A stretch of DNA of 64,000 bases, taken from assembly GCF_009914755.1 (NCBI RefSeq), contig NC_060947.1; one strand, given 5' to 3'. Of this stretch, positions 12,343 through 26,300 are shown one piece after another (position 1 is the first letter of the stretch; each line of letters starts with the position of its first letter). This stretch comes from the human T2T-CHM13v2.0 reference genome, Homo sapiens. The notes under the pieces were generated by a model. It saw nothing but the letters and a program-made list of their open reading frames with translations, did not search any database and was not told where the DNA came from. The position numbers were made by a program, and so were the translations under genes.

Positions 12343-14395
12343 GGTTCAACTCTGTGAGTTGAATACAAACATCACAAAGAATGTTCTGAGTTTGCTTCCG
12401 TTCAGTTATGGGAAGTTGATCCCGTTTCCAACGAAATCCTCAGAGAGGTCCAAATATCCCCTTGCAGATTCTACAAAACGTGTGTTTGGAAACTGCTCCA
12501 TCATAACGAATGTTCAGCTCCCTGAGTTAAACTCCATCGTCACAAAGAATTTTCTGAGAGTGCTACCGTCTGGTTTTTATATGAAGTTCTTTCCTTCACT
12601 ACCACAGGCCTCAAAGCGGTCCAAATCTCCACTTGCAGATTCTACAAAAAGAGTGTTTGCAAACTGCTCTATCAAAAGGAATGTTCAACTCTGGGAGTTG
12701 AATGCAATCATCACAGAGCAGTTTCTGAGAATGCTTCTATGTCGTTTTTAGGAGAAGATATTTCCTTTTCCAACACAGTCCTCCAAGCCCGCTAAATATC
12801 CACTTGCACATTGTAGAAAAAGTGTGTCAAAGCTGCGCTATCAAAGGGAAAGTTCAACTCTGAGAGGTGAATGCAAACATCCCAAAGAAGTTTCTGAGAG
12901 TGCTTCCGTTTAGCTTTTAGGTGAAGATTATCCCGTTTCCAACGAAACCTTCAAAGAGGTCCAAATATCCCCTTGCGGATCCCACAGAGTGTTTCGAAAC
13001 TGCTGTTTCAAAAGGAATCTTCAACTCTGTGAGTTGAATGCAATCATCACAAAGAAGTTTCTGACAATGCTTCTCTCTCGCCTTTCTGTGAAGGTAAAGG
13101 AAAAGGCTTTCAGGCCTTTTCCACCACAGGCCTGAAAGCGCTCCAAATGTCCACTTGCAGATTCTGCCAAAAGAATATTTCAAAACTGCTCTATGAAAAG
13201 CAATGTTAAACTCTGTGGCTCGAACACAAACATCACAAAGCGGTTTCTGAGAATGCTTCAGTTTAGTTTTTCTGTGGAAATATTCCCGTTTCCAAAGAAA
13301 TCTTCAAAGAGGTCCACGTATCCACTTACAGATTCTACAAAAAGACAGTTTCAAAACTGCTCCATCAAAAGGAGGGTTCAACTGTGTGAGTTGAATGCAA
13401 TCATCACTCAGAAGTTTCTGAGAATGCTTCTCTTTAGTTTTTACGTGAACATATACCCGTTTCGAACGAAGGCCAGCCAGTGGTCCAAATATCCACTTGC
13501 AGATTCTACAGAAAGAGTGTTTCGAACCTGAACTCTCAAAGGCAGGTTCATCTCTGCGAGTTAAATGCATTCATCATGAAGAACTTTCTCAGAGTGTTTG
13601 TGTTTAGTTATGGGAAATTATTCCCGTTTCCAACGAAATCCTCAGAGAGGTCCAAATATCCACCTGCAGATTCTACCAAAAGTGTATTTGGAAACTGCTC
13701 CATCAAAAGGCATGTTCAGCTCTGTGAGTGAAACTCCATCATCACAAAGAATATTCTGAGAATGCTTCCGTTTGCCTTTTATATGAAGTTCCTTCCTATA
13801 CGACCGTAGGCCTCAAAGCAGTCCAAATCTCCATTTGCAGATTCTACAAAAAGAGTGATTCCAATCTGCTCTATCAATAGGATTGTTCAACTCCATGAGT
13901 TGAATGCCATCCTCACAAAGTCGTTTCTGAGAATGCTTCTATCTAGTTTTTATGTGAAGATATTTCCTTTTCCACCACAGGCCTCAAAGCCCTCCAAACG
14001 TCCACTTGCAGATTCTCGAAAAAGAGTGTTTCATAGCTGCTCTTTCAAAAGGAAAGTTCAACTCTGGGAGTTGAATACAAACATCACAAAGTAGTTTCCG
14101 AGAATGCTTCTGTTTAGTTTTTATGTGAAGATGATCCCGTTTCCAGTGAAATCTTCAAAGAGGTCCACATATCCCCTTGCAGATTCCAAAGAAAGAGGGT
14201 TTCAAAACTGCTCCATCAGAAGGATTGTTCAACTCTGTGAGTTGAATGCAGTCATCGCAGAAAACTTTCTGAGAATGCTTCTGTCTAGGTTTGATGTGAA
14301 GATATAGACGTTTCAAACGAAGGCTACAAAGTGGTCAAAATATACACTTGCAGATTCTACTACAAGGGTGTTGCAAACCTGAACTATCAAAGGAA
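12343..14395 (-). repeat. HOR length variant U7, 2053 bp (4-bp deletion near 12988)
   Basis: GGATCCCACAGAGTGTTT instead of GGATCCCACAGAAAGAGTGTTT; ORF step 12278 to 14331 = 2053. Confidence 0.95.
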
Positions 14396-17300
14396 GGTTC
14401 AACTCTGTGAGTTGAATACAAACATCACAAAGAATGTTCTGAGTTTGCTTCCGTTCAGTTATGGGAAGTTGATCCCGTTTCCAACGAAATCCTCAGAGAG
14501 GTCCAAATATCCCCTTGCAGATTCTACAAAACGTGTGTTTGGAAACTGCTCCATCATAACGAATGTTCAGCTCCCTGAGTTAAACTCCATCGTCACAAAG
14601 AATTTTCTGAGAGTGCTACCGTCTGGTTTTTATATGAAGCTCTTTCCTTCACTACCACAGGCCTCAAAGCGGTCCAAATCTCCACTTGCAGATTCTACAA
14701 AAAGAGTGTTTGCAAACTGCTCTATCAAAAGGAATGTTCAACTCTGGGAGTTGAATGCAATCATCACAGAGCAGTTTCTGAGAATGCTTCTATGTCGTTT
14801 TTAGGAGAAGATATTTCCTTTTCCAACACAGTCCTCCAAGCCCGCTAAATAGCCACTTGCACATTGTAGAAAAAGTGTGTCAAAGCTGCGCTATCAAAGG
14901 GAAAGTTCAACTCTGTGAGGTGAATGCAAACATCCCAAAGAAGTTTCTGAGAATGCTTCCGTTTAGCTTTTAGGTGAAGATTATCCCGTTTCCAACGAAA
15001 CCTTCAAAGAGGTCCAAATATCCCCTTGCGGATCCCACAGAAAGAGTGTTTCGAAACTGCTGTTTCAAAAGGAATCTTCAACTCTGTGAGTTGAATGCAA
15101 TCATCACAAAGAAGTTTCTGACAATGCTTCTCTCTCGTCTTTCTGTGAAGGTAAAGGAAAAGGCTTTCAGGCCTTTTCCACCACAGGCCTGAAAGCGCTC
15201 CAAATGTCCACTTGCAGATTCTGCCAAAAGAATATTTCAAAACTGCTCTATGAAAAGCAATGTTAAACTCTGTGGCTCGAACACAAACATCACAAAGCGG
15301 TTTCTGAGAATGCTTCAGTTTAGTTTTTCTGTGGAAATATTCCCGTTTCCAAAGAAATCTTCAAAGAGGTCCACGTATCCACTTACAGATTCTACAAAAA
15401 GACAGTTTCAAAACTGCTCCATCAAAAGGAGGGTTCAACTGTGTGACTTGAATGCAATCATCACTCAGAAGTTTCTGAGAATGCTTCTCTTTAGTTTTTA
15501 CGTGAACATATACCCGTTTCGAACGAAGGCCAGCCAGTGGTCCAAATATCCACTTGCAGATTCTACAGAAAGAGTGTTTCGAACCTGAACTCTCAAAGGC
15601 AGGTTCATCTCTGCGAGTTAAATGCATTCATCATGAAGAACTTTCTCAGAGTGTTTGTGTTTAGTTATGGGAAATTATTCCCGTTTCCAACGAAATCCTC
15701 AGAGAGGTCCAAATATCCAACTGCAGATTCTACCAAAAGTGTATTTGGAAACTGCTCCATCAAAAGGCATGTTCAGCTCTGTGAGTGAAACTCCATCATC
15801 ACAAAGAATATTCTGAGAATGCTTCCGTTTGCCTTTTATATGAAGTTCCTTCCTATACGACCGTAGGCCTCAAAGCAGTCCAAATCTCCATTTGCAGATT
15901 CTACAAAAAGAGTGATTCCAATCTGCTCTATCAATAGGATTGTTCAACTCCATGAGTTGAATGCCATCCTCACAAAGTCGTTTCTGAGAATGCTTCTATC
16001 TAGTTTTTATGTGAAGATATTTCCTTTTCCACCACAGGCCTCAAAGCCCTCCAAACGTCCACTTGCAGATTCTCGAAAAAGAGTGTTTCATAGCTGCTCT
16101 TTCAAAAGGAAAGTTCAACTCTGGGAGTTGAATACAAACATCACAAAGTAGTTTCCGAGAATGCTTCTGTTTAGTTTTTATGTGAAGATGATCCCGTTTC
16201 CAGTGAAATCTTCAAAGAGGTCCACATATCCCCTTGCAGATTCCAAAGAAAGAGGGTTTCAAAACTGCTCCATCAGAAGGATTGTTCAACTCTGTGAGTT
16301 GAATGCAGTCATCGCAGAAAACTTTCTGAGAATGCTTCTGTCTAGGTTTGATGTGAAGATATAGACGTTTCAAACGAAGGCTACAAAGTGGTCAAAATAT
16401 ACACTTGCAGATTCTACTACAAGGGTGTTGCAAACCTGAACTATCAAAGGAAGGTTCAACTCTGTGAGTTGAATACAAACATCACAAAGAATGTTCTGAG
16501 TTTGCTTCCGTTCAGTTATGGGAAGTTGATCCCGTTTCCAACGAAATCCTCAGAGAGGTCCAAATATCCCCTTGCAGATTCTACAAAACGTGTGTTTGGA
16601 AACTGCTCCATCATAACGAATGTTCAGCTCCCTGAGTTAAACTCCATCGTCACAAAGAATTTTCTGAGAGTGCTACCGTCTGGTTTTTATATGATGCTCT
16701 TTCCTTCACTACCACAGGCCTCAAAGCGGTCCAAATCTCCACTTGCAGATTCTACAAAAAGAGTGTTTGCAAACTGCTCTATCAAAAGGAATGTTCAACT
16801 CTGGGAGTTGAATGCAATCATCACAGAGCAGTTTCTGAGAATGCTTCTATGTCGTTTTTAGGAGAAGATATTTCCTTTTCCAACACAGTCCTCCAAGCCC
16901 GCTAAATAGCCACTTGCACATTGTAGAAAAAGTGTGTCAAAGCTGCGCTATCAAAGGGAAAGTTCAACTCTGTGAGGTGAATGCAAACATCCCAAAGAAG
17001 TTTCTGAGAATGCTTCCGTTTAGCTTTTAGGTGAAGATTATCCCGTTTCCAACGAAACCTTCAAAGAGGTCCAAATATCCCCTTGCGGATCCCACAGAAA
17101 GAGTGTTTCGAAACTGCTGTTTCAAAAGGAATCTTCAACTCTGTGAGTTGAATGCAATCATCACAAAGAAGTTTCTGACAATGCTTCTCTCTCGTCTTTC
17201 TGTGAAGATAAAGGAAAAGGCTTTCAGGCCTTTTCCACCACAGGCCTGAAAGCGCTCCAAATGTCCACTTGCAGATTCTGCCAAAAGAATATTTCAAAAC

Positions 17301-20300
17301 TGCTCTATGAAAAGCAATGTTAAACTCTGTGGCTCGAACACAAACATCACAAAGCGGTTTCTGAGAATGCTTCAGTTTAGTTTTTCTGTGGAAATATTCC
17401 CGTTTCCAAAGAAATCTTCAAAGAGGTCCACTTATCCACTTACAGATTCTACAAAAAGACAGTTTCAAAACTGCTCCATCAAAAGGAAGGTTCAACTGTG
17501 TGACTTGAATGCAATCATCACTCAGAAGTTTCTGAGAATGCTTCTCTTTAGTTTTTACGTGAACATATACCCGTTTCGAACGAAGGCCAGCCAGTGGTCC
17601 AAATATCCACTTGCAGATTCTACAGAAAGAGTGTTTCGAACATGAACTCTCAAAGGCAGGTTCATCTCTGCGAGTTAAATGCATTCATCATGAAGAACTT
17701 TCTCAGAGTGTTTGTGTTTAGTTATGGGAAATTATTCCCGTTTCCAACGAAATCCTCAGAGAGCTCCAAATATCCACCTGCAGATTCTACCAAAAGTGTA
17801 TTTGGAAACTGCTCCATCAAAAGGCATGTTCAGCTCTGTGAGTGAAACTCCATCATCACAAAGAATATTCTGAGAATGCTTCCGTTTGCCTTTTATATGA
17901 AGTTCCTTCCTATACGACCGTAGGCCTCAAAGCAGTCCAAATCTCCATTTGCAGATTCTACAAAAAGAGTGATTCCAATCTGCTCTATCAATAGGATTGT
18001 TCAACTCCATGAGTTGAATGCCATCCTCACAAAGTAGTTTCTGAGAATGCTTCTATCTAGTTTTTATGTGAAGATATTTCCTTTTCCACCACAGGCCTCA
18101 AAGCCCTCCAAACGTCCACTTGCAGATTCTCGAAAAAGAGTGTTTCATAGCTGCTCTTTCAAAAGGAAAGTTCAACTCTGGGAGTTGAATACAAACATCA
18201 CAAAGTAGTTTCCGAGAATGCTTCTGTTTAGTTTTTATGTGAAGATGATCCCGTTTCCAGTGAAATCTTCAAAGAGGTCCACATATCCCCTTGCAGATTC
18301 CAAAGAAAGAGGGTTTCAAAACTGCTCCATCAGAAGGATTGTTCAACTCTGTGAGTTGAATGCAGTCATCGCAGAAAACTTTCTGAGAATGCTTCTGTCT
18401 AGGTTTGATGTGAAGATATAGACGTTTCAAACGAAGGCTACAAAGTGGTCAAAATATACACTTGCAGATTCTACTACAAGGGTGTTGCAAACCTGAACTA
18501 TCAAAGGAAGGTTCAACTCTGTGAGTTGAATACAAACATCACAAAGAATGTTCTGAGTTTGCTTCCGTTCAGTTATGGGAAGTTGATCCCGTTTCCAACG
18601 AAATCCTCAGAGAGGTCCAAATATCCCCTTGCAGATTCTACAAAACGTGTGTTTGGAAACTGCTCCATCATAACGAATGTTCAGCTCCCTGAGTTAAACT
18701 CCATCGTCACAAAGAATTTTCTGAGAGTGCTACCGTCTGGTTTTTATATGAAGCTCTTTTCTTCACTACCACAGGCCTCAAAGCGGTCCAAATCTCCACT
18801 TGCAGATTCTACAAAAAGAGTGTTTGCAAACTGCTCTATCAAAAGGAATGTTCAACCCTGGGAGTTGAATGCAATCATCACAGAGCAGTTTCTGAGAATG
18901 CTTCTATGTCGTTTTTAGGAGAAGATATTACCTTTTCCAACACAGTCCTCCAAGCCCGCTAAATAGCCACTTGCACATTGTAGAAAAAGTGTGTCAAAGC
19001 TGCGCTATCAAAGGGAAAGTTCAACTCTGTGAGGTGAATGCAAACATCCCAAAGAAGTTTCTGAGAATGCTTCCGTTTAGCTTTTAGGTGAAGATTATCC
19101 CGTTTCCAACGAAACCTTCAAAGAGGTCCAAATATCCCCTTGCGGATCCCACAGAAAGAGTGTTTCGAAACTGCTGTTTCAAAAGGAATCTTCAACTCTG
19201 TGAGTTGAATGCAATCATCACAAAGAAGTTTCTGACAATGCTTCTCTCTCGTCTTTCTGTGAAGGTAAAGGAAAAGGCTTTCAGGCCTTTTCCACCACAG
19301 GCCTGAAAGCGCTCCAAATGTCCACTTGCAGATTCTGCCAAAAGAATATTTCAAAACTGCTCTATGAAAAGCAATGTTAAACTCTGTGGCTCGAACACAA
19401 ACATCACAAAGCGGTTTCTGAGAATGCTTCAGTTTAGTTTTTCTGTGGAAATATTCCCGTTTCCAAAGAAATCTTCAAAGAGGTCCACGTATCCACTTAC
19501 AGATTCTACAAAAAGACAGTTTCAAAACTGCTCCATCAAAAGGAGGGTTCAACTGTGTGACTTGAATGCAATCATCACTCAGAAGTTTCTGAGAATGCTT
19601 CTCTTTAGTTTTTACGTGAACATATACCCGTTTCGAACGAAGGCCAGCCAGTGGTCCAAATATCCACTTGCAGATTCTACAGAAAGAGTGTTTCGAACCT
19701 GAACTCTCAAAGGCAGGTTCATCTCTGCGAGTTAAATGCATTCATCATGAAGAACTTTCTCAGAGTGTTTGTGTTTAGTTATGGGAAATTATTCCCGTTT
19801 CCAACGAAATCCTCAGAGAGGTCCAAATATCCACCTGCAGATTCTACCAAAAGTGTATTTGGAAACTGCTCCATCAAAAGGCATGTTCAGCTCTGTGAGT
19901 GAAACTCCATCATCACAAAGAATATTCTGAGAATGCTTCCGTTTGCCTTTTATATGAAGTTCCTTCCTATACGACCGTAGGCCTCAAAGCAGTCCAAATC
20001 TCCATTTGCAGATTCTACAAAAAGAGTGATTCCAATCTGCTCTATCAATAGGATTGTTCAACTCCATGAGTTGAATGCCATCCTCACAAAGTCGTTTCTG
20101 AGAATGCTTCTATCTAGTTTTTATGTGAAGATATTTCCTTTTCCACCACAGGCCTCAAAGCCCTCCAAACGTCCACTTGCAGATTCTCGAAAAAGAGTGT
20201 TTCATAGCTGCTCTTTCAAAAGGAAAGTTCAACTCTGGGAGTTGAATACAAACATCACAAAGTAGTTTCCGAGAATGCTTCTGTTTAGTTTTTATGTGAA

Positions 20301-23300
20301 GATGATCCCGTTTCCAGTGAAATCTTCAAAGAGGTCCACATATCCCCTTGCAGATTCCAAAGAAAGAGGGTTTCAAAACTGCTCCATCAGAAGGATTGTT
20401 CAACTCTGTGAGTTGAATGCAGTCATCGCAGAAAACTTTCTGAGAATGCTTCTGTCTAGGTTTGATGTGAAGATATAGACGTTTCAAACGAAGGCTACAA
20501 AGTGGTCAAAATATACACTTGCAGATTCTACTACAAGGGTGTTGCAAACCTGAACTATCAAAGGAAGGTTCAACTCTGTGAGTTGAATACAAACATCACA
20601 AAGAATGTTCTGAGTTTGCTTCTGTTCAGTTATGGGATGTTGATCCCGTTTCCAACGAAATCCTCAGAGAGGTCCAAATATCCCCTTGCAGATTCTACAA
20701 AACGTGTGTTTGGAAACTGCTCCATCATAACGAATGTTCAGCTCCCTGAGTTAAACTCCATCGTCACAAAGAATTTTCTGAGAGTGCTACCGTCTGGTTT
20801 TTATATGAAGCTCTTTCCTTCACTACCACAGGCCTCAAAGCGGTCCAAATCTCCACTTGCAGATTCTACAAAAAGAGTGTTTGCAAACTGCTCTATCAAA
20901 AGGAATGTTCAACTCTGGGAGTTGAATGCAATCATCACAGAGCAGTTTCTGAGAATGCTTCTATGTCGTTTTTAGGAGAAGATATTTCCTTTTCCAACAC
21001 AGTCCTCCAAGCCCGCTAAATAGCCACTTGCACATTGTAGAAAAAGTGTGTCAAAGCTGCGCTATCAAAGGGAAAGTTCAACTCTGTGAGGTGAATGCAA
21101 ACATCCCAAAGAAGTTTCTGAGAATGCTTCCGTTTAGCTTTTAGGTGAAGATTATCCCGTTTCCAACGAAACCTTCAAAGAGGTCCAAATATCCCCTTGC
21201 GGATCCCACAGAAAGAGTGTTTCGAAACTGCTGTTTCAAAAGGAATCTTCAACTCTGTGAGTTGAATGCAATCATCACAAAGAAGTTTCTGACAATGCTT
21301 CTCTCTCGTCTTTCTGTGAAGATAAAGGAAAAGGCTTTCAGGCCTTTTCCACCACAGGCCTGAAAGCGCTCCAAATGTCCACTTGCAGATTCTGCCAAAA
21401 GAATATTTCAAAACTGCTCTATGAAAAGCAATGTTAAACTCTGTGGCTCGAACACAAACATCACAAAGCAGTTTCTGAGAATGCTTCAGTTTAGTTTTTC
21501 TGTGGAAATATTCCCGTTTCCAAAGAAATCTTCAAAGAGGTCCACGTATCCACTTACAGATTCTACAAAAAGACAGTTTCAAAACTGCTCCATCAAAAGG
21601 AGGGTTCAACTGTGTGACTTGAATGCAGTCATCACTCAGAAGTTTCTGAGAATGCTTCTCTTTAGTTTTTACGTGAACATATACCCGTTTCGAACGAAGG
21701 CCAGCCAGTGGTCCAAATATCCACTTGCAGATTCTACAGAAAGAGTGTTTCGAACCTGAACTCTCAAAGGCAGGTTCATCTCTGCGAGTTAAATGCATTC
21801 ATCATGAAGAACTTTCTCAGAGTGTTTGTGTTTAGTTATGGGAAATTATTCCCGTTTCCAACGAAATCCTCAGAGAGCTCCAAATATCCACCTGCAGATT
21901 CTACCAAAAGTGTATTTGGAAACTGCTCCATCAAAAGGCATGTTCAGCTCTGTGAGTGAAACTCCATCATCACAAAGAATATTCTGAGAATGCTTCCGTT
22001 TGCCTTTTATATGAAGTTCCTTCCTATACGACCGTAGGCCTCAAAGCAGTCCAAATCTCCATTTGCAGATTCTACAAAAAGAGTGATTCCAATCTGCTCT
22101 ATCAATAGGATTGTTCAACTCCATGAGTTGAATGCCATCCTCACAAAGTCGTTTCTGAGAATGCTTCTATCTAGTTTTTATGTGAAGATATTTCCTTTTC
22201 CACCACAGGCCTCAAAGCCCTCCAAACGTCCACTTGCAGATTCTCGAAAAAGAGTGTTTCATAGCTGCTCTTTCAAAAGGAAAGTTCAACTCTGGGAGTT
22301 GAATACAAACATCACAAAGTAGTTTCCGAGAATGCTTCTGTTTAGTTTTTATGTGAAGATGATCCCGTTTCCAGTGAAATCTTCAAAGAGGTCCACATAT
22401 CCCCTTGCAGATTCCAAAGAAAGAGGGTTTCAAAACTGCTCCATCAGAAGGATTGTTCAACTCTGTGAGTTGAATGCAGTCATCGCAGAAAACTTTCTGA
22501 GAATGCTTCTGTCTAGGTTTGATGTGAAGATATAGACGTTTCAAACGAAGGCTACAAAGTGGTCAAAATATACACTTGCAGATTCTACTACAAGGGTGTT
22601 GCAAACCTGAACTATCAAAGGAAGGTTCAACTCTGTGAGTTGAATACAAACATCACAAAGAATGTTCTGAGTTTGCTTCCGTTCAGTTATGGGAAGTTGA
22701 TCCCGTTTCCAACGAAATCCTCAGAGAGGTCCAAATATCCCCTTGCAGATTCTACAAAACGTGTGTTTGGAAACTGCTCCATCATAACGAATGTTCAGCT
22801 CCCTGAGTTAAACTCCATCGTCACAAAGAATTTTCTGAGAGTGCTACCGTCTGGTTTTTATATGAAGCTCTTTCCTTCACTACCACAGGCCTCAAAGCGG
22901 TCCAAATCTCCACTTGCAGATTCTACAAAAAGAGTGTTTGCAAACTGCTCTATCAAAAGGAATGTTCAACTCTGGGAGTTGAATGCAATCATCACAGAGC
23001 AGTTTCTGAGAATGCTTCTATGTCGTTTTTAGGAGAAGATATTTCCTTTTCCAACACAGTCCTCCAAGCCCGCTAAATAGCCACTTGCACATTGTAGAAA
23101 AAGTGTGTCAAAGCTGCGCTATCAAAGGGAAAGTTCAACTCTGTGAGGTGAATGCAAACATCCCAAAGAAGTTTCTGAGAATGCTTCCGTTTAGCTTTTA
23201 GGTGAAGATTATCCCGTTTCCAACGAAACCTTCAAAGAGGTCCAAATATCCCCTTGCGGATCCCACAGAAAGAGTGTTTCGAAACTGCTGTTTCAAAAGG

Positions 23301-26300
23301 AATCTTCAACTCTGTGAGTTGAATGCAATCATCACAAAGAAGTTTCTGACAATGCTTCTCTCTCGTCTTTCTGTGAAGATAAAGGAAAAGGCTTTCAGGC
23401 CTTTTCCACCACAGGCCTGAAAGCGCTCCAAATGTCCACTTGCAGATTCTGCGAAAAGAATATTTCAAAACTGCTCTATGAAAAGCAATGTTAAACTCTG
23501 TGGCTCGAACACAAACATCACAAAGCGGTTTCTGAGAATGCTTCAGTTTAGTTTTTCTGTGGAAATATTCCCGTTTCCAAAGAAATCTTCAAAGAGGTCC
23601 ACGTATCCACTTACAGATTCTACAAAAAGACAGTTTCAAAACTGCTCCATCAAAAGGAGGGTTCAACTGTGTGACTTGAATGCAATCATCACTCAGAAGT
23701 TTCTGAGAATGCTTCTCTTTAGTTTTTACGTGAACATATACCCGTTTCGAACGAAGGCCAGCCAGTGGTCCAAATATCCACTTGCAGATTCTACAGAAAG
23801 AGTGTTTCGAACATGAACTCTCAAAGGCAGGTTCATCTCTGCGAGTTAAATGCATTCATCATGAAGAACTTTCTCAGAGTGTTTGTGTTTAGTTATGGGA
23901 AATTATTCCCGTTTCCAACGAAATCCTCAGAGAGCTCCAAATATCCACCTGCAGATTCTACCAAAAGTGTATTTGGAAACTGCTCCATCAAAAGGCATGT
24001 TCAGCTCTGTGAGTGAAACTCCATCATCACAAAGAATATTCTGAGAATGCTTCCGTTTGCCTTTTATATGAAGTTCCTTCCTATACGACCGTAGGCCTCA
24101 AAGCAGTCCAAATCTCCATTTGCAGATTCTACAAAAAGAGTGATTCCAATCTGCTCTATCAATAGGATTGTTCAACTCCATGAGTTGAATGCCATCCTCA
24201 CAAAGTCGTTTCTGAGAATGCTTCTATCTAGTTTTTATGTGAAGATATTTCCTTTTCCACCACAGGCCTCAAAGCCCTCCAAACGTCCACTTGCAGATTC
24301 TCGAAAAAGAGTGTTTCATAGCTGCTCTTTCAAAAGGAAAGTTCAACTCTGGGAGTTGAATACAAACATCACAAAGTAGTTTCCGAGAATGCTTCTGTTT
24401 AGTTTTTATGTGAAGATGATCCCGTTTCCAGTGAAATCTTCAAAGAGGTCCACATATCCCCTTGCAGATTCCAAAGAAAGAGGGTTTCAAAACTGCTCCA
24501 TCAGAAGGATTGTTCAACTCTGTGAGTTGAATGCAGTCATCGCAGAAAACTTTCTGAGAATGCTTCTGTCTAGGTTTGATGTGAAGATATAGACGTTTCA
24601 AACGAAGGCTACAAAGTGGTCAAAATATACACTTGCAGATTCTACTACAAGGGTGTTGCAAACCTGAACTATCAAAGGAAGGTTCAACTCTGTGAGTTGA
24701 ATACAAACATCACAAAGAATGTTCTGAGTTTGCTTCCGTTCAGTTATGGGAAGTTGATCCCGTTTCCAACGAAATCCTCAGAGAGGTCCAAATATCCCCT
24801 TGCAGATTCTACAAAACGTGTGTTTGGAAACTGCTCCATCATAACGAATGTTCAGCTCCCTGAGTTAAACTCCATCGTCACAAAGAATTTTCTGAGAGTG
24901 CTACCGTCTGGTTTTTATATGAAGCTCTTTCCTTCACTACCACAGGCCTCAAAGCGGTCCAAATCTCCACTTCCAGATTCTACAAAAAGAGTGTTTGCAA
25001 ACTGCTCTATCAAAAGGAATGTTCAACTCTGGGAGTTGAATGCAATCATCACAGAGCAGTTTCTGAGAATGCTTCTATGTCGTTTTTAGGAGAAGATATT
25101 TCCTTTTCCAACACAGTCCTCCAAGCCCGCTAAATAGCCACTTGCACATTGTAGAAAAAGTGTGTCAAAGCTGCGCTATCAAAGGGAAAGTTCAACTCTG
25201 TGAGGTGAATGCAAACATCCCAAAGAAGTTTCTGAGAATGCTTCCGTTTAGCTTTTAGGTGAAGATTATCCCGTTTCCAACGAAACCTTCAAAGAGGTCC
25301 AAATATCCCCTTGCGGATCCCACAGAAAGAGTGTTTCGAAACTGCTGTTTCAAAAGGAATCTTCAACTCTGTGAGTTGAATGCAATCATCACAAAGAAGT
25401 TTCTGACAATGCTTCTCTCTCGTCTTTCTGTGAAGATAAAGGAAAAGGCTTTCAGGCCTTTTCCACCACAGGCCTGAAAGCGCTCCAAATGTCCACTTGC
25501 AGATTCTGCGAAAAGAATATTTCAAAACTGCTCTATGAAAAGCAATGTTAAACTCTGTGGCTCGAACACAAACATCACAAAGCGGTTTCTGAGAATGCTT
25601 CAGTTTAGTTTTTCTGTGGAAATATTCCCGTTTCCAAAGAAATCTTCAAAGAGGTCCACGTATCCACTTACAGATTCTACAAAAAGACAGTTTCAAAACT
25701 GCTCCATCAAAAGGAGGGTTCAACTGTGTGACTTGAATGCAATCATCACTCACAAGTTTCTGAGAATGCTTCTCTTTAGTTTTTACGTGAACATATACCC
25801 GTTTCGAACGAAGGCCAGCCAGTGGTCCAAATATCCACTTGCAGATTCTACAGAAAGAGTGTTTCGAACCTGAACTCTCAAAGGCAGGTTCATCTCTGCG
25901 AGTTAAATGCATTCATCATGAAGAACTTTCTCAGAGTGTTTGTGTTTAGTTATGGGAAATTATTCCCGTTTCCAACGAAATCCTCAGAGAGCTCCAAATA
26001 TCCACCTGCAGATTCTACCAAAAGTGTATTTGGAAACTGCTCCATCAAAAGGCATGTTCAGCTCTGTGAGTGAAACTCCATCATCACAAAGAATATTCTG
26101 AGAATGCTTCTGTTTGCCTTTTATATGAAGTTCCTTCCTATACGACCGTAGGCCTCAAAGCAGTCCAAATCTCCATTTGCAGATTCTACAAAAAGAGTGA
26201 TTCCAATCTGCTCTATCAATAGGATTGTTCAACTCCATGAGTTGAATGCCATCCTCACAAAGTCGTTTCTGAGAATGCTTCTATCTAGTTTTTATGTGAA